A stretch of 64,000 bases of DNA from a virus. A program made the position numbers and the translations under genes. Location of the stretch: the IMG/VR virus record IMGVR_UViG_3300024265_000043, positions 19,715 to 83,714 of that record; one strand, 5' to 3'. Position 1 is the first letter of the stretch. Each line of letters starts with the position of its first letter. Below the pieces are notes generated by a model. That model was not told the origin of the DNA. It made no database searches and worked only from the letters and a program-made list of their open reading frames with translations. Shown in pieces: positions 63,449-64,000 of the stretch.

Positions 63449-63494
63449 GCGGAGCATTCCGATCTGCTCATGATTATTACTTAGAGGAGGAATT

Positions 63495-63665
63495 TTGGAA
63501 TCAAACTGCTGTAACACACCGATAGATAACGATAGTGATATTTGTGAATCTTGCGGCAAAATTTGTCAACCGATTGAGACAGAAGAAGAAGTCCGCGAAA
63601 GACTTCAGGGGCAGGATTCTGACTACGAATACATCAAAAATAATATTGGACTAACAGATCACTAG
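63495..63665 (+). CDS. Small zinc-ribbon protein
   Basis: AGGAGG + TTG; SNCCN...CESCG. Confidence 0.5.
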   Translation: MESNCCNTPIDNDSDICESCGKICQPIETEEEVRERLQGQDSDYEYIKNNIGLTDH

Positions 63666-63675
63666 GAGGAATAAT

Positions 63676-63843
63676 ATGTATCTCATATCTCAAATCATTT
63701 CATCCATACCGATCATCGGGATTATAGGTTATGCCGTGTTGCTTTGCGTAGGAGCCCGCGAAAATAATGGCCGGATATTCTTTGGTGGTATTGCAGCTAT
63801 ATTTCTCATGGCGTTGGCCCACATCTGGAATTGGTGGGCATAA
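63676..63843 (+). CDS. Small membrane protein
   Basis: AGGAGG RBS; two hydrophobic segments. Confidence 0.5.
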   Translation: MYLISQIISSIPIIGIIGYAVLLCVGARENNGRIFFGGIAAIFLMALAHIWNWWA

Positions 63844-64000
63844 TGGATCAATACATACTGATGTGCCGAGAGGCGAAAGAGATACAAGAAGGGTGGGAGC
63901 CGAAGAGAGGGGATCAAGTAAGCGAATTCGCTGGGCCAACGAGTTTCCCTTGGGCATTCCCTCCTCGGTGGAAAGAATCATTTCCTACTACGCACTGGCT
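63843..64000 (+). CDS. Hypothetical protein (3' truncated), paralogue of 55499
   Basis: MDQYILMCREAKEIQEGWEPKRGD. Confidence 0.55.
   Translation, partial: MDQYILMCREAKEIQEGWEPKRGDQVSEFAGPTSFPWAFPPRWKESFPTTHW

Noticed and set aside
1-64000. Alternative genetic code (stop-codon reassignment)
   Set aside because: Long genes are intact under code 11, and TAA, TAG and TGA all end genes with tight coupling

Overview
The window looks like part of a tailed dsDNA phage (probably siphovirus-type) genome, in three blocks. (1) 1-15.7 kb, + strand: tail module with tube C-terminus, tail assembly chaperone with a clear -1 frameshift, neck/terminator-like genes, tape measure, a PA14-containing tail-tip protein and a fibre. 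(2) 15.7-42.5 kb, - strand: replication/recombination and early genes (DnaB, initiator, Bet + YqaJ, acyl carrier protein, tyrosine recombinase, HNH, SNF2, Thg1-like, Toprim, two methyltransferases, sliding clamp, many small ORFs). (3) After a ~1.2 kb non-coding divergence region, 43.7-64 kb, + strand: GntR, a second fibre/decoration locus, SbcC-like ATPase, RuvC-like, glycosylase, MazG and a solo TnpB. The most striking feature not explained by the ORFs is a family of six 40-48 nt structured elements between early genes at 35.9-42.0 kb. They show compensatory base changes and the geometry of a tRNA acceptor/T-arm. There is also a tandem cluster of four structured RNA-like units at 52.4-52.8 kb, and the phage carries a Thg1-like enzyme. 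A 19-bp tandem duplication splits a multidomain methyltransferase gene. All family calls come from motif recognition by eye and all folds from manual base-pairing; no database searches or folding programs were run.
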